This document shows, one piece after another, positions 48,801 through 62,900 of a DNA stretch of 64,000 nucleotides. The notes below the pieces were generated by a model that searched no databases, was not told where the DNA came from, and worked only from the letters and a program-made list of their open reading frames with translations. This stretch comes from Sphagnum compactum (Eukaryota), in assembly GCA_965153455.1 (NCBI GenBank), contig OZ234493.1:36322213-36386212 (forward strand), read 5' to 3'. Position 1 is the stretch's first letter. Each line of letters opens with the position of its first letter. The translations under genes and the position numbers were made by a program.

Positions 48801-51800
48801 CTACTCATGGCCTTACAGAACACATGCCCTCCAGCTAGTGTGTCTAAGGGAGGACAGTTTAAGAGAGGAAACAACCAGTTCTGAATGATTGCAATACTAA
48901 CTCCATCCTAATGTGCAGCAGTTCCACTAGTACAGACATTGCCAGCCCGCACGTTGAGAGCCTAAGACTAGAGTACAAATACCCTTTGACAAATTTGTAC
49001 ATACAACATAAATATGACATACCACAAACTAGTGAGGCATCAACATGGATGCGACTTCCAACACCTATCTATGGGATGGCAAAGAAAACTCCACAATAAC
49101 TCTTTAAAATTAAAATTGTGTCAGTTCCAGCAAAACCAAAACCGACACAAAAAGAATGACTGTGGTCATAACCTACAAATGCTTACCTCATCAAGGTCTT
49201 CAGTCATTTCGCTCTGAGGTCTTGAGTTATCAATAATACCATCAAGCCCTTCAAAAGAATCCATCCCCTCATAGTCATTGAAACCGACATGAGAGTCAAT
49301 TGTACTGATTTCATCACCATCTCCAACTGTCAAAGCCCCATGGTTCTCCTGCCATGGCCAATTAGTATCTTCAACTCCAGGGGAACCAGGAGAAGGTTCA
49401 GCCTCTGCTACTGCCCGGTATGGATCATCCAGCATCCTCAAGATTTCCTTCAAAGTGGGTGAAATTTCTGTCTCCTTCAGCAGGTTTTTCATCACACAAT
49501 CAATGTTATCTGCCAAACAAGGTCATGTGAGTGTACAGTATTAAACAACATGAAGAAACCTAATCCTTGTTTGCAGATCTGCAGTTTGATTAGGAGGCAT
49601 TGCCCACTTATCACTGACTATATTAGGCCTTCACTTCTCCAAAAATTTGGTGTCTCAAAAAACTTCACAGGTTCTTCCCTTCATTTGTTCACCAGTCAAC
49701 TTCCTCAGAGTTCTCTTTAGCAGACATGTTTGGCTGAAATGACCGGAGATCTCCTAATTCCTAAGCTTCATAAGACCATACATATAGGATTACCAGGAAT
49801 GAATTCAGGGTTCCTCAAAGCCTGCTGCTGATTATTTTTCTCCCAGTGCTCTCTGATGACAAGTGCTTCCAACCTATCATCATTCCTAGGGTGTACCCAC
49901 ATAGGCTTACTATTGCCCTCTCTGAAGATCAGCAGCCGTTATTCTGATATCTTTCTCTTTCCATCTCCAGTCTATCAAAACTGTGCAATGGGATCCTATG
50001 ACATAAGTCCATGGCATACCAAGTCTTCACATGTAAGCACCCTTGATTTACCTTTCATGAAGGACAAGTCAACGGAGGTACATTCAGCATCAACTTTATC
50101 CCAAAACTTCATGATTTTCTCAGGCACCTCTTGAGAATCAAACACAATCTCACAGCCGTGAAATACGCTGAGTGTGTTGAGTAGTAGGCCTTTGGCTCCA
50201 CCCTCATCAAATTGTGCTGACATTTGGTGAAACAGGGGGTCAACAGTAAATCCCACTGCACACACCCTCGGGCACATTATGATTAGGCACATGCCTCATT
50301 CATGTTTCTATTCGTTCCACACAATCATAGCAATCAGTATCCACACACACCTCTTTCTACCTCACCAATTTGCACCTAGTTAATGGAAGACACTTAGTCT
50401 TGCAACGCATATGTGAAGACAGAAATAACAGCACATCTGGCAATAAACCATAGCCTTACATTCCTGTAGCCTCCACCCAACCATAGCATTCAGAATCTCT
50501 ACATAACTCTCTCCACCTCACAACTTCATGCTCAGTTCTTTAAGAAAACCATCAAAACTAACTCTTGCAAAGCACATCTGTGACAAGTCAGACTTGCTTA
50601 AGTGTCTGTCAATAGAGTGAGTATATTCTCACCATCAAATTTTTTTATATTGAAGTTTGCAAATGATGCTTCTAAAGTACTTGAGCGATTCCCCACCTGC
50701 ATAGAGCAGCAAGTTGAATCTTTACCCTTCAGCAACTGGATGCAGATTTTTTCCTCTCATCCTCCCTTCTCTTCCATTGCCTATAACTTCATCTTGTTAC
50801 CAAGATTGTGGCAAACCACAGGGGTCTAATCCAGAGTAAAAATGCAGCAACACCTACTGATTTGCCATACCAGAATCATAGAAAAAAAATTCTGCTATGA
50901 AACCCATTATTCATTTCTCTGATCCATAAGCCACAACAATAATGAAACATTTAAATAACTGCATCAACAACTGGTCTCCCTGAACCTAACTTGCTCATTG
51001 CAATGAGGAACATTTCACTGCTTCCTGACACATCTCTTCCTCAATCAAGGTCAAGAACATGCAATGTGTCTGCTAGATTCTGACTGGGTTAAAACTTCAC
51101 ATACCTTTTTGTGCAAATCCTTCTGAGGTTCTTCTTCATTAGCTTCACCATTGTTGGAATTCTCTGCGTCCTCACACTGGGCTGTTAAATCAAATTGAAA
51201 TTCAAACAGCTATTATCAGCCTGTTCTCATACATGAGGAGTCAAGACAGACCTTCTCCAGTTGAGTGTTGATTTTGAATCACTCTTTGATTTCACTCCTT
51301 TCTACACAAACACCATGCTTAACTCTTTGATACCTTCATCTTTCCCCAAAACCATCAACCTCATTTCAAACACCATGCTTTACTCTTTGATACCTTTGTC
51401 TTTCCCCAAGACCATCAAACCCCATTTCTGCACATGCATTCTGCAGCAGTATGTAGCAAGGGTGTCGAAAGTTCAAGTATCTCAGTTCTGTTGGAAAGTG
51501 TCACTTACTGTTGTCACGATTGGGAGCTGCAGTTGTCCTACTGAGGCCCCCAAGAACTTTGTAGGCTTCTGTGTGCACAGAATCAACTCTGGTGGAGTAT
51601 ATCCTGACACCTGCTTCAAGAGTGCAGCTTGCCTGCCATGATGTTGTTGCACTCAGAATCAAGAGGACATTTTCTACATCTCTTGCAAGATCAGCAGACT
51701 GTTGCTCACTTGTCAGACTTCTGGCCTACATTGAGAATCAAAGCTGAAGAAACCATGGCTAAACTATCATACCCACATCAATACCCTGTTGCAATCATCT

Positions 51801-52487
51801 TCACTTGAAAGCCTTTGTCGACACCCAACACCTAAGAAGACCCATTTACGACCTTCCCACAGGGAGCTTTTTATAAAGCCAACTTCGAGGAGGGCAAGGA
51901 GTTCGTTCAGGAGGAATGTAGTAGATTGCACCAACCTTTTGGAAATTTGTCTGGTCTTCGTCTTCGTCATCTCCTTCAACAAGAGTACTCAGATGATCAA
52001 TCAGCTTCAGATCCCATGTGTTCCGCTGCGTGATCTTCTGCAATTCTCTCCACCCACAGGAGCAAAATCTATGAGAGCAATAGCCGACATCGTCCCTCTC
52101 TGTCCGTTTCTCTCCCTTTATGAGTTCATTCTCGCCAGAGGAATGAACAAAGAAGATGTAACAACCACAAACACACAGCAACAAACAAAAGGGAGAAAAA
52201 ACAGTCGAGAAGAGTACTCCAGTGCAAGCGAGACGTACATTCTCTGCAGCTAGCTTGATGCAATTGTTGTGAAGCTCGAGAATGCGTTCCTTACTAAGCA
52301 CATTGCTTTCCTGTTGACGCATCGTCGACAGCCGTTCTTCTACATCGGGAGCCAGCCCGGACTTGCGCCGCAACGCGGCCGCGCGCGCTAATCGCACTTG
52401 TGCACGTTCTTGGTTGTCATCGTTAGGCGTGAGCAAACAAGGCGCCGGAGAATGCACCCTTGCTTTCAAAGGCGTTCTGTTCTCCAT
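45846..52487 (-). CDS. CAPH: Condensin complex subunit 2 (CAP-H/Barren kleisin), about 703 aa; exons 52487-52239, 52037-51936, 51632-51509, 51181-51105, 50696-50633, 50255-50052, 49509-49187, 48555-48405, 48149-47908, 46934-46710, 46575-46465, 46085-45846
   Basis: PNDD..ER, NCIKLAAENKITQRNTWDLKLID, TNFQKASCTLEAGVRIYSTRVDSVH, VDPLFHQMSAQFDEGGAKGLLLNTL, NAWAGPNHWKY, LPVDLHY, KQVDVHMLKATLW and ISVHICFLCLLHLANEHNL. All 11 GT-AG introns are phase-consistent (2112 nt). Confidence 0.95.
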
Positions 52488-52844
52488 ACTTCCTCACAAG
52501 CTACCTACCGAGCTCCCCACATGAATCGCTTGAGCAGCAAGTGTATGCAACCAAGTAAGAAAGAAAGAAAAAACTCCTGGTTTGCTTTTTTTGTTTTGGG
52601 GTAAGAGGTTGTTTCCGGGGTCCTTTGTTGCGACAACTTGTTCCCGCCCTCGCTCACGCACTTTCAAAGCACGACTTCTGTCATCTATGGCCCTTTCGAT
52701 GCGCATCGTCAATCAAGGATACGAACACTGGGATCGAATTGCACGCCCAAAGATGACGACGACGACGATCCATCAGGCTTTCTGCTCCTTCATGGCTACC
52801 TATCTCGCCATCATCGCAGCCAGTGGTTTTTTTTCTTTTTTTTT

Positions 52845-54044
52845 TGGCGAAATTTCGCAGTGTGGCGACAAGAAAAATTCACTGCGAAGTGTACCAAGGA
52901 TTTTTTGGAAATGTTCGCCATATTTTGAGGAAAAAAAAGTCAGAAGTAGCCATATTTAGACAATGAGTTCCTGGACGTCGCCAAAACAAAGTAAGCTACT
53001 AAAAAAATTTGAATTCCCTGTCTGACCTCTAGCCAAATTTGGCTCATTCCTCTTGTGCATGATAGCCAGTCCACCTACTTGACAAAATTGTCACCACTTG
53101 GTGGTTTTCTTAGCAAATTTGTGAAGTAGGGTAGAACTGCCCATCATTGATTGCTACCTTTTCATTAAACACTTCTTTAGATTTCCATCATCTGTGTTTT
53201 TTGAGGGATTTAAAAGGTTATGGGAGCATTATCTCAAGCTTTACAAATCATCTTTGAAGTGCAAAGGAAAAGGAGTAACGAAAATAATAGCAAGAAGAAA
53301 AAGAAGCTTCCACCTCACAAAACGTGTTTTTTTTTTTTGGTTCTCCCTCTTCGGACTCTTCCTCATACTTTCAAAGTTTATAACTTTCTCATTTCTTGTT
53401 CATTTTAAATGACTTAAAATTCTATAGGATGTCACCTTCAGTTCTAGAAATCATGTTTGAACTTTGAACTCTAATAGCAACAGAGCAACATACAAGGAAT
53501 TTTTGAGGTGTTCTCGAACTGGCTTTGTAGCATTCAATGGTTTGTGTTTTGGGGTTCTTGACCCCTTTACTTTAAGGGGCCGAAACTTTCTCAGTTGTAA
53601 TTCATTTTTGACGATTTTGAATGCGCCAAATGCACCAATAGGAGGGGTTCAACCTTTGTTTGAACACCAGAAACAATGAAGCCCTCCCATGCATCCGGCC
53701 TGCCCTGAGCACTTAAATGTTCGCTCACCAGCCGTTCTCCCCTAGGTAGAATGGATGATAATCATCCACAAAAGGATTTAACCAAATTTGACTCTCGATA
53801 AGAGAGGAAAGGAAAGCAAAAAAAAATTAAGATTCCTCTTTTACTTTGGCGACATGTTGGAACCTATTGTCTAAATATGGCGATTTCAGAAAAAAATTCC
53901 TATAATACCGTATTGTATTGTGACGACTTGTTTGGGCCCATTTCTTTGGGGGGGGGGGGTGGGAGGGGGAAAGTCCTGTGTATCATTTGCACGTCCACAT
54001 TTTTATTTTTGTTTTTATTTTCGCCAGGATGAGGAAATTCGCCA
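52845..54044. mobile_element. Non-coding element with inverted ends in the CAP-H/COG2 intergenic region (MITE-like, possibly composite)
   Basis: TGGCGAAATTTCGCAGTGTGGCGA (52845) versus the reverse complement of TCGCCAGGATGAGGAAATTCGCCA (54021-54044). Inner pair GCCATATTTAGACAATGAGTTCCTGGACGTCGCCAAA (about 52949-52985) versus TTTGGCGACATGTTGGAACCTATTGTCTAAATATGGC (about 53845-53881). A related motif occurs at about 13605-13635. No TSD found. Confidence 0.55.
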
Positions 54045-54511
54045 ACCATCATGGATAGGCATGTGCGGTCCTCGACATGGAGCGCCGGGGGCCGGCCAGT
54101 CTTCATCAGCATCCCGCGGAGATGTTCATGGGCTATGGTGCAAGGCCATTGCCATTTTGGACATGAAGATGATGGTGGCGATGGCAAGACGATGACTACT
54201 CCGAGGAGTTATTGCAAAGGCATAAACAAAGTGCGCACGAGCACAAGATCTTTTGTCATGCACTTCTTGCATTAGGATGAACTGAACTGAACAATCAGAG
54301 GAGTCTTCCGAATGCTTGTCTTGATTTTAGGTTTGGATCTCTATTGTAGATTCCTGAGGTTGTTTCGAGCGTGATCGAGATCGGGGGAAAGCAGATCTCA
54401 GATCTTGTCGCCAACGTCGATGTAGAACAGTTGCCAAGAGCCATGGTGGAAGGAGTCGCGTGCTTTTGTGATCGCAACCAAAGTCGCGAGCTTTTGTGAT
54501 TACAACCTAAG

Positions 54512-57500
54512 ATGTCGCCCACGGAAATGGCATCGGCAGCATTGCCTGGTGCGAATAGACACAAATCCGTGAGTGCACTCTTCGGGGATGATGCGGATTC
54601 GGAGCCTCTTTGGTTCAAGAAAGATACATTTGCGAAGGCGGACTTCGACAGTGAAGCGTATATCAGGGATCTGCGGAGGTTTGTAGCCTTCGATACCTTG
54701 CGGACGGAGCTGCGGGGCCATTTGGGAGCTCTCAAGAACGAGCTTGTGGAGCTCATCAACAGAGATTACACAGATTTTGTGAATCTGAGTACGAAACTAG
54801 TAGACGTCGATGGGGCGGTATTGCGGATGCGAATGCCGTTGAATGAGTTGAGAGCTAGGCTTGTCACTGTTAGGGAGAGCGTGCATACTTCTTTGGCAGC
54901 GTTACAAGACGGGCTGAAACGCCGAGCTGATGCTTCAGCGTCACGAGAAGTACTCGAGCTTCTCTTGGACACCTCGCATGTTGTCTCAAAGGTTAGTAGT
55001 CCATAGCCATCTGTATTGATCTGGTTCTCCAGTAGCAGCAAGTCTGTTGAGAGAATGATTGCAAAATTTACACACTCTTCTTCTTCTTCTTCTTCTTCTT
55101 CTTCTTCATATGCTGCTGCTTCTTCCCAAAAAAAATTGTTTTAGGTTATCTGGATTGTCTTCCTCTTGCCTACAACTTTGCAGAAAGGGGAAATCAGTGT
55201 CTTTCTTTTGGTAGAGGCTGTGGTGCAAACATCAGTCAATCTGGAAGTGTGGAGAGAATGCACAAGCATAGCTGGCTCTAAACATGTTCTGTGGACAAAT
55301 GTACACAGGTAGAGAAACTGCTTGTAGAGCTACAGAGCTTTCCTGAAGATGGTGCCCAGGTGCCTGCTCAAGGTGATTCCAAAGGCAATGTCACAAGGGC
55401 ATACAGTAATGGCAATATTGCTGGGGATGCAGCAGAGTATGGAGCCAGCCTTGAAGATGCTCGAAGCCGGTTACTAGAGCGAATTGCCAGTGAAATGAAT
55501 CGTCTCAAATTCTATGTTGCTCAGGCGCAGGTTTTCACAGTCTCTGCAACCCTACCTTTTGGTAAAGTTTTGAGTTGAGAATCAGGAGCTGGGTGTGACC
55601 TTGATGCTTACTTTTTTATTCTTATTCCTGGGTTTTCTTAGTCATTTCTGTGTCACTCTCGTGTTGGGAGCTTTCTATATGTGTGCAGATGGTCTAATCC
55701 TCCAGGGTCACATCTGTCAGCACTTTAACATTGTCCCACATGTGCATTGCACCACAGCTCCTTTGTAGGAGAGACAAGTTTGATGCAGTGTCCCACAATA
55801 TGAAGGTCTTGCAGAAAGCACATTGTATGTGTTTCTGTTGTCACTGGTGTTGAATCCAGCTTTTGGACTATCTTTGGTGGTGGAATGCAAGATATGTTAG
55901 TGCTGGACTGAAACAACTTGCAGTTGAGACTGGATCTTCCTTAGCACCTGCAACACTACTTCTGATTCCAGTCAATGTTTTCCTAACGTTACAAAGCAGT
56001 TTTTAGATCTTAACATGGTGCAATGCATGATTTTGCAGGACCTGCCATTCATTCAAAACATGCAGCCAAGAATTGGAAATGCAGATGTGTCTCTTGATGC
56101 CAGCTTGCGTCGATGCTTTGAAGGAGGGTTGGAACGGCGTGATGACACAGTTATATATCATTGCCTCCGAGCATATGCTGCTATTGATAACACAGCAGGT
56201 GCAGAGGAGGTTTTTCGGTCAGCCATAGTGGCCCCTTTTGTACAGCGTAGTGTTCCCCCTAGTCCTGCACGGGACACTGTGGGGGCAAGTGCTGACAAGC
56301 TTGCTGAGGTTTTTGATGAGATAGAAGTCCACATCCAGACTGAATGCCAGTTCCTTCTGGACAAAGCTGTGGCAGGTATTAAGCATCTGTCTTTTCCCAA
56401 CTGTTGTGACTCTAGTTGGAAGGCATTCCACTTTTCTCTGTCAAAAACTGCAATTGGAAGAAGACATTATGCTCCTCTAAAACCATCATGTCAGTGGAGC
56501 TTCTGTGATGAAAGCTGCATTTGCAGGGTGTTGACAGGAAGAACCCAGATAATGTTTTGTTGGTGGACATCTTCTTATGCCAATGCTCTTGTTGTTTTTC
56601 TTTGTTTTGTCTGTGGACATCTACTTATTCTGATGTTTCATTGTTTTTCAGCTAATAGAACATCTAGATTTAGCAGTTGTGTTTGACAGTTCTAGCTGAA
56701 AAAGTCCTGGCAAGGTACTACAGTACCATGAACCGATGTGACTGTTTCCTGAGATCCAGAATGGACTTGCAGACCCTCTATTTTAGTAATGACCATTCTG
56801 TAGTATACATACTGAGCTCCTTATCAGATGTTCTAATTCTTGCCTTGAACATGGTATGCTATGTTATGCTATGTGAAGGTCGCTGAACATGTGTATAACA
56901 ATCACTGTCATTCAAACTGTTCCTCAGTTTTGTGTTTGGTCTTGTTTTCTCTAATCTTCAGGGCTGGGTTTCCTCTTTTTCATGCTTGCTCAATCAATTA
57001 CTGTTATGTTGTTGGATCTGAAATATCTATATCCTTCTCGTTGGGTCTCCTCTCAATTCTTTTTGGGTTAGTATGTAGATATTCGCAGTAAGTGTGAAGA
57101 GATGTAACTCTTGTTTTGGTTTCATGTTTTCAGCAAACTCTGGACTCCATGTGTTTGACTTCTTGAGCAACTCAATTCTCAAGGAAGTGCATTCAGCAAT
57201 ACAGAAGGGGAAGCCTGGTGCTTTCTCTCCAGGAAAACCAGCTGAGTTTCTGGCTAATTACAAATCCAGCTTAAAGTTTCTAAGGTTCCTTGAAGGTACT
57301 AACTAGTTTACTCCATTTTTGCTCTCTATTGCTGAGTTTCTCTTCACTGTAGTTCAGAACTGTAATTGGCGGGAAGGATGGATAGCATGTGCAAACCCTA
57401 GGGATGATTATCACTTATGGGTTTATGTTTTTTGGATGCCAGGATATTGTCAATCACCAGCTGCGGTTGCAGCTTTTCGGTCACAAACAGCTTACACAGA

Positions 57501-59978
57501 CTTCATGAGGCAATGGAACTTGGGGGTCTACTTCACACTCCGGTATAACAGTGAACCTTCCTGTGTTATGTTCTAGAAAATAGCTGACACTAATTCCTTT
57601 GTAAATGGCACTTCAGCCTCTGAATGATTGTCTCTTCAACTTGCTTATGGCTTTGGCAGCTCCTGTGCTCTAGTTTTATGGACAGACGCCTCACTCTTCT
57701 CTTCCACAGCTCCTGAACCAAGTGCATGTGAACAGATTCCAGGAGATTGCACAGTCTTTGGATACAGCTCTTTCAGCACCAACACCCAGCCCCATACATG
57801 TAGGCTCCTCAAGAGCAGCAGATGGTTCCTTGGGGTTAGCATTGCAGTCAAGTGTCACACTGTGGGATTGCCTGCAACGCTGCTGGAAGGAGGGTGTATA
57901 CATTGAAGCAGTCGCTGACAAGTTTCTAAGGCTAACCCTCCAGCTCCTTTCCAGGTTCACATATAAAGCCTTGATTTTAGCACAGAATTTGTCATGCATT
58001 TAGTTTTCTTGGAAGGTCTGAATGCAGTTCTTTAGCACATCATGTCTTTTCCAGGATGATGAAATCTGGGGACTTCTCTGAGGTTTGATTTTCCTGAAAG
58101 CAGGAACAGCAGTACAAGGAAAATTTAGTTGTTCGGTGCAATTGCAGGTACACAACATGGCTTTCAACAGGGCTTGCTGCACGTAAAGCAGGCAATGCAA
58201 CTAGCCACCCTGGAGGCGAGTGGGCACTTGCTGCAGCTCCTGAAGACTTTGTCCTTGTACTTCTCAAAACTTCTCTATCATTTATGTTGTTCCTGCTGCC
58301 TCCATGTGAGGTTGATATCACCATGGTGTTTGATATGGAATATTACACTGTCCAATTGATAACAAGGTGTGTATGGGTTTCTGTGCTGTGGGCTTTGCAG
58401 TCACAGGGAAACAAAAACACCACAGAGAGACAGTCGAGAGAGAGAGAGAGAGATATGAGAGAAAGAGCATTGTTGATGTCAAGATGGTGTTTTGGGTGCA
58501 GATGAGACATGATGTGGAGCTCTTAGTTGGCATGGTGAAGGGCTCCTACATGGACCATGTGTTGCCTCTACTTAGTGGGAACAACTCTGAGGAAGTGTGT
58601 GAAGTTGTGCGTCAAAGCTTGCTGCAAGGCGCTGAAGCCTTGCTAGCAATTGTGCCTGCTCTGTCTGATGTGCTTACAGAGGCATTGACTGAGAAATGTG
58701 TGGAGGTCAGTGGTCATGTGGCATCTTCTTTGCTGAAAATTGAACAGAAACTAGAGGTCCTGCCAGTGGAAGTTACAAAGAGACTCCATCACCATACCGA
58801 CATATCTACCCTGCATAAGTAAAACATGTCTTTTTTTTTGACATTTTGGTGGAGTTCCAATTTGCTGCTTCCTAGGTGAAGTGCTGGTTCCAAGTGGTGC
58901 CTTGTCTAAAAGGTTGTTTGGTGGCAGGTGCTGAGGCAAGTAAAAGGAATTATTGCTACATATCGCATGACTAACAGGCCTCTACCAAGTCGGCACTCGC
59001 CTTATGTGACCAGTGTTCTTCAGCCTCTCAAGGTGCCTGCCTGGTTGTTTTATTTTCTCTCTGTGCCCCCTTTCTTGGTGTCCAATTCTTGCTGCTTTTC
59101 TGCAATGTCTCATTTTGTTCTTGGTTTCTACAGGCATCTGTCTATTGCCTTTTTGCTACATCCAATTTTTCTGCCTGAGGGCTTAGTTGTTTGCCAAACC
59201 AGATTGGTTCTCAAAAGAAAAGATAGATTGATTTTCAAGAGAGTTTCTCTGCTTTCTATGGTTAACTTTTCTTTCTTCATTTCTCAGACTTTTGTTGAAG
59301 ATGAGCGATTTGCACATTTGACAAAGGAGATGCGAGCAGAGCTGATCCTGTCGGTGTCTGAAAAGATAACAGTAACTTATGATGTGCTGGCACGTGACAT
59401 GGTCTCAGTGGTAAGAATCACATTCTCTGAATGTCACTGACATTCAGGACTTGAGAATATTTCATAGTCAGTGGAAGGATAAACTCTCTTTTGTTTGTTG
59501 CATTCTGCTCATTCTCCCAATGATTGACATATGTATCAAAGGAATGATTTGTGTCTTATAATGGGCTCTGGCACCTCATGAATATCAGGCCAGAACAACT
59601 GAGTCTTCACTACAGCGGTTGCGTCGGGGTGCACGACAACGGGGGGCTGGAGCTGGAACTGAAACCAATGACAATAACATATCAGACAATCTCTCAGACA
59701 AAATTTGTGCACAGCTCTTCCTTGATGTTCAGGTACATCTCAGTACAAGTCTTGGATTCTGTCAAATCAAGGGATCAGCCTCTGGCTCTTTCAAGCTTCT
59801 TGGCACAGGTATTAGAATCTTATGCAAAAGACAAGAAATTCAAGTTTCTTTGTATGTATTTCAGGAATACGGGCGGCGTCTTGCAGCTCTTGGCATTGCG
59901 GCAGCTGATATGACTGCATACACATCACTTTGGCAGTGCGTGGCTCCTCCAGACAGACAGAATGTTGTAGAATTTTAG
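54512..59978 (+). CDS. COG2: Conserved oligomeric Golgi complex subunit 2, about 772 aa; exons 54512-54991, 55309-55530, 56039-56375, 57134-57295, 57443-57542, 57736-57954, 58148-58256, 58502-58705, 58928-59032, 59288-59410, 59589-59732, 59865-59978
   Basis: PLWFK...FDSEAYIRDLRRFV, LKNELVELINRDYTDFVNLSTKL, LLERIASEMNRLKFY, CLRAYAAIDN, GKPGAFSPGKP, QWNLGVYFTLRFQEIA, ATYRMTNRPLPSRHSPYV and DKICAQLFLDVQEYGR. All 11 GT-AG introns are phase-consistent (2319 nt). Confidence 0.96.
55077..55108. repeat. (CTT)n microsatellite in COG2 intron 1
   Basis: Trinucleotide run directly visible. Confidence 0.9.
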
Positions 59979-62900
59979 GTCAGACATCTGGTAATAAGAG
60001 CAATGATGCTCTATTCATCCCCTGTATATGGCGGCCAACAGCAATTGCACCTTCTTTGTTCCTGTTATGCTGAGCTATTGTCTGGCACCAGTGAATGCCC
60101 CTTTCTTGTGAGTCTTTTCTGGATTTCCAGAGCCCTTATCCACATTGCTCTGCTTTGTAATGTTGAGTTGGTGCTTCAACAGTAGTGCTCTTTGCAATAT
60201 CTGCCAGCCACAGATTTTTTCCTATTCCTTTTTCCTCTACAGTTCTTGTCTCTTAAGTCCTTCCTTCTCTCTCCTTTCTTTCCTTTTTCATTTTGGTTGA
60301 TGTTTTTCTTCTAGCCCTTCCCCCTTTTTATGCTAATCTTTACTCTTTTTGGGTTTCTTTTTCTTGAGCTAGCCAGCTTCCTGGCTGAGTTTCCCATGGC
60401 TAATTGACTTGTGACAGAAAGTCAGTACATTGAGTAATACTTCAAATTAACCTGCAACCCATCGATTTCTGGGAACTAATTGAGTCAGTGGGGGAGGTTT
60501 TGGCAAGGGTCAATGCCATATATGTTGCTGTTGAAGGGCCCCAAATGTGTAGTGTGGTCATTCAAACTTCTCATTAATCCTTAATCCTTTTTTGAGGTCT
60601 GCTTTTCTCTTTTCCTGTAGGGTGCGGTCTCCTCAATTTCTTGGTTGCTGATGGTTGCTGGGTTTTTTAGGTCAGATCTGAAATATCAATTTCCTTATTA
60701 GTGTCATCTGCAAATTCTTTTCAGGTTGGCAAGGGAAATGGTATTAGGATTTTTGGTTTTAGCCACCTGAAGTTTGAATACACTCCAGAATTGACTGCAT
60801 GGATTCTTGTTCTATCCAATTATTGCTTTTGCTTGGCAGATGTTAAATTGGAAATCACCAGTGTTTTGCATGTGTATGGTTTAGGGTAAGTCTATTAGAG
60901 TTATTTTCATTCTATAAGTGAATGAATCTTACATTAGGGTAGCTGACCCTATTATTGCACATTTAAAAACATGTTTTAAAATGTTCTCCTGATATAAAAG
61001 TATTTCCTGCTGAAATTTTGTTTGTAGCATGGATCTTATGTTGGCCATGGAACCCAATTTGCAGAATGTGCAAATATGCTGTCTGTGAAAAACTGTTGCA
61101 TACAATTAATTGATATAATTTGATTTTGCAATTTTCTGTTTACCCCATAATTGTACTATTCATTGCATACCTTTTGGCACAGGAAACACTCTGTATCAGA
61201 CTCCATGCACACATGGACACTATCATTGCACATCTTGAATTCAAGATTACAACTTCACTTACAATGAGAGAAAACAGTGTGCAACAATAGGGTTTTTGTG
61301 ATGCAAATGTTATATGTTAAAAGTTTACAATTGTTAGGTTACCAATAACACACCAATGTAATCATAGGAACCAAACAGAAAAACCTAACCAATTGTGTCC
61401 AATATGTTTTCATTAACAACAATCATTGGATATTAGTCAAAATACATGCCTCCATTTTTGGCCTACATTGCACAATATATGATTTAAACATGTCAATAAT
61501 GAAAAGATTAGTGGATGACACCATACAATTATTGAATAACATAATAAATGTCAAACACTTACTATATACATATGCAAATGTTATGCAATAGCTAGACAAT
61601 TTATCTTATGAGGTTTTCATAATTGCATATGTAGTTGAAATAGCATTTGGATTCAACCTAGAACAATCTATTTATAATGTGCCACAAATGCCATTGCAGT
61701 TGCACCACAATCTAAATAATAAAAATATATCTCCATTCCCCAAACACTCACATCCTAACAGAATGTAACATGGCCACATAGTTATTCATCATTAGTAGTG
61801 TGAAGCAACATGAAGCCCAAGTAGAGGTAACCTCTATTACTTGGGCATCAAAACATGTTGAACCTATGCATTGACATTGGAAAGTGTCAAGCATAGCTCT
61901 AGTGTTTTTAGATATAAGTGTCTAGTAGGTACCTTGGAATAGATTGTTGCTTGTGTGAACATTTCACTATAATAATGAGTGTCTTCATAAATTCTTGTGC
62001 CAACCATATGTTTGGTAAGACCTTATAAGAGTACTCAACAAGTAAAACAATTTGGCCTTTGTTGTCTTTTCTACCTCTTTTCTACTCTTTACTTGACTTC
62101 TGCACAATTCATTTTGAGCTCTCCAATTGTGTCAGTGGCTACGACTACAATGCCATGCTACTAATTTTCATCACTGTTTTGAGCACAATGTCTATTCCTA
62201 GGTCTTTCACTTGAAAAGGGTTCAGACATTCCAATATAGAGCTCCCATATCTTGGGCCCATTGCTTGGATGTGGTTATGTCTCTTAAAGTACAGAAATGT
62301 GTTCTACTAATGTTCTTCAATCGCACCCGCAATTTCATAGAGTACCTCAACATGGTTCACTAGGCTTATGTGTTGTAATGCACTTCTTCATTTTTCCTTT
62401 CAAGGTAGAGAGGCTCTACTTTTGTACAAGATGAAACCTGATACAGAGTCTGTGCAGGAACTTGCATGACAGGTGAACCAGCCAGTTGTTGATTTTATTA
62501 CCCATGAACACAATCAACAAGTGATTTAGCTGCTCAATTGGCTGGTCTCTTTAAATCTATTTCCAACTCTACTACCAACCAACCTTATGAGTCCAATTTG
62601 TGTCCAAGAGATTGTCGATTGTTACTTCCATAGGAGGAGATTTCTCAAGAGTACATTTAATTATCAGATTGATGTTGGGATTGGAATTCCAATATCTGAT
62701 GGTAGCATTCCATAGAATGTTCTGTTGTATATGCATATCATCCCATTTGGCATTGTGGGATCAATGTGGGATCAATCTGTTGAATGTGTTATATATTTCT
62801 CACATATAATGCATGGTTTGGTCCAAAGCAAGGAGAGGTGCAGGTCCCTCGTCATCTAGGCTCTTCAGAAGTGGGGTTAAGCACATCCTGAGAGTGGATT

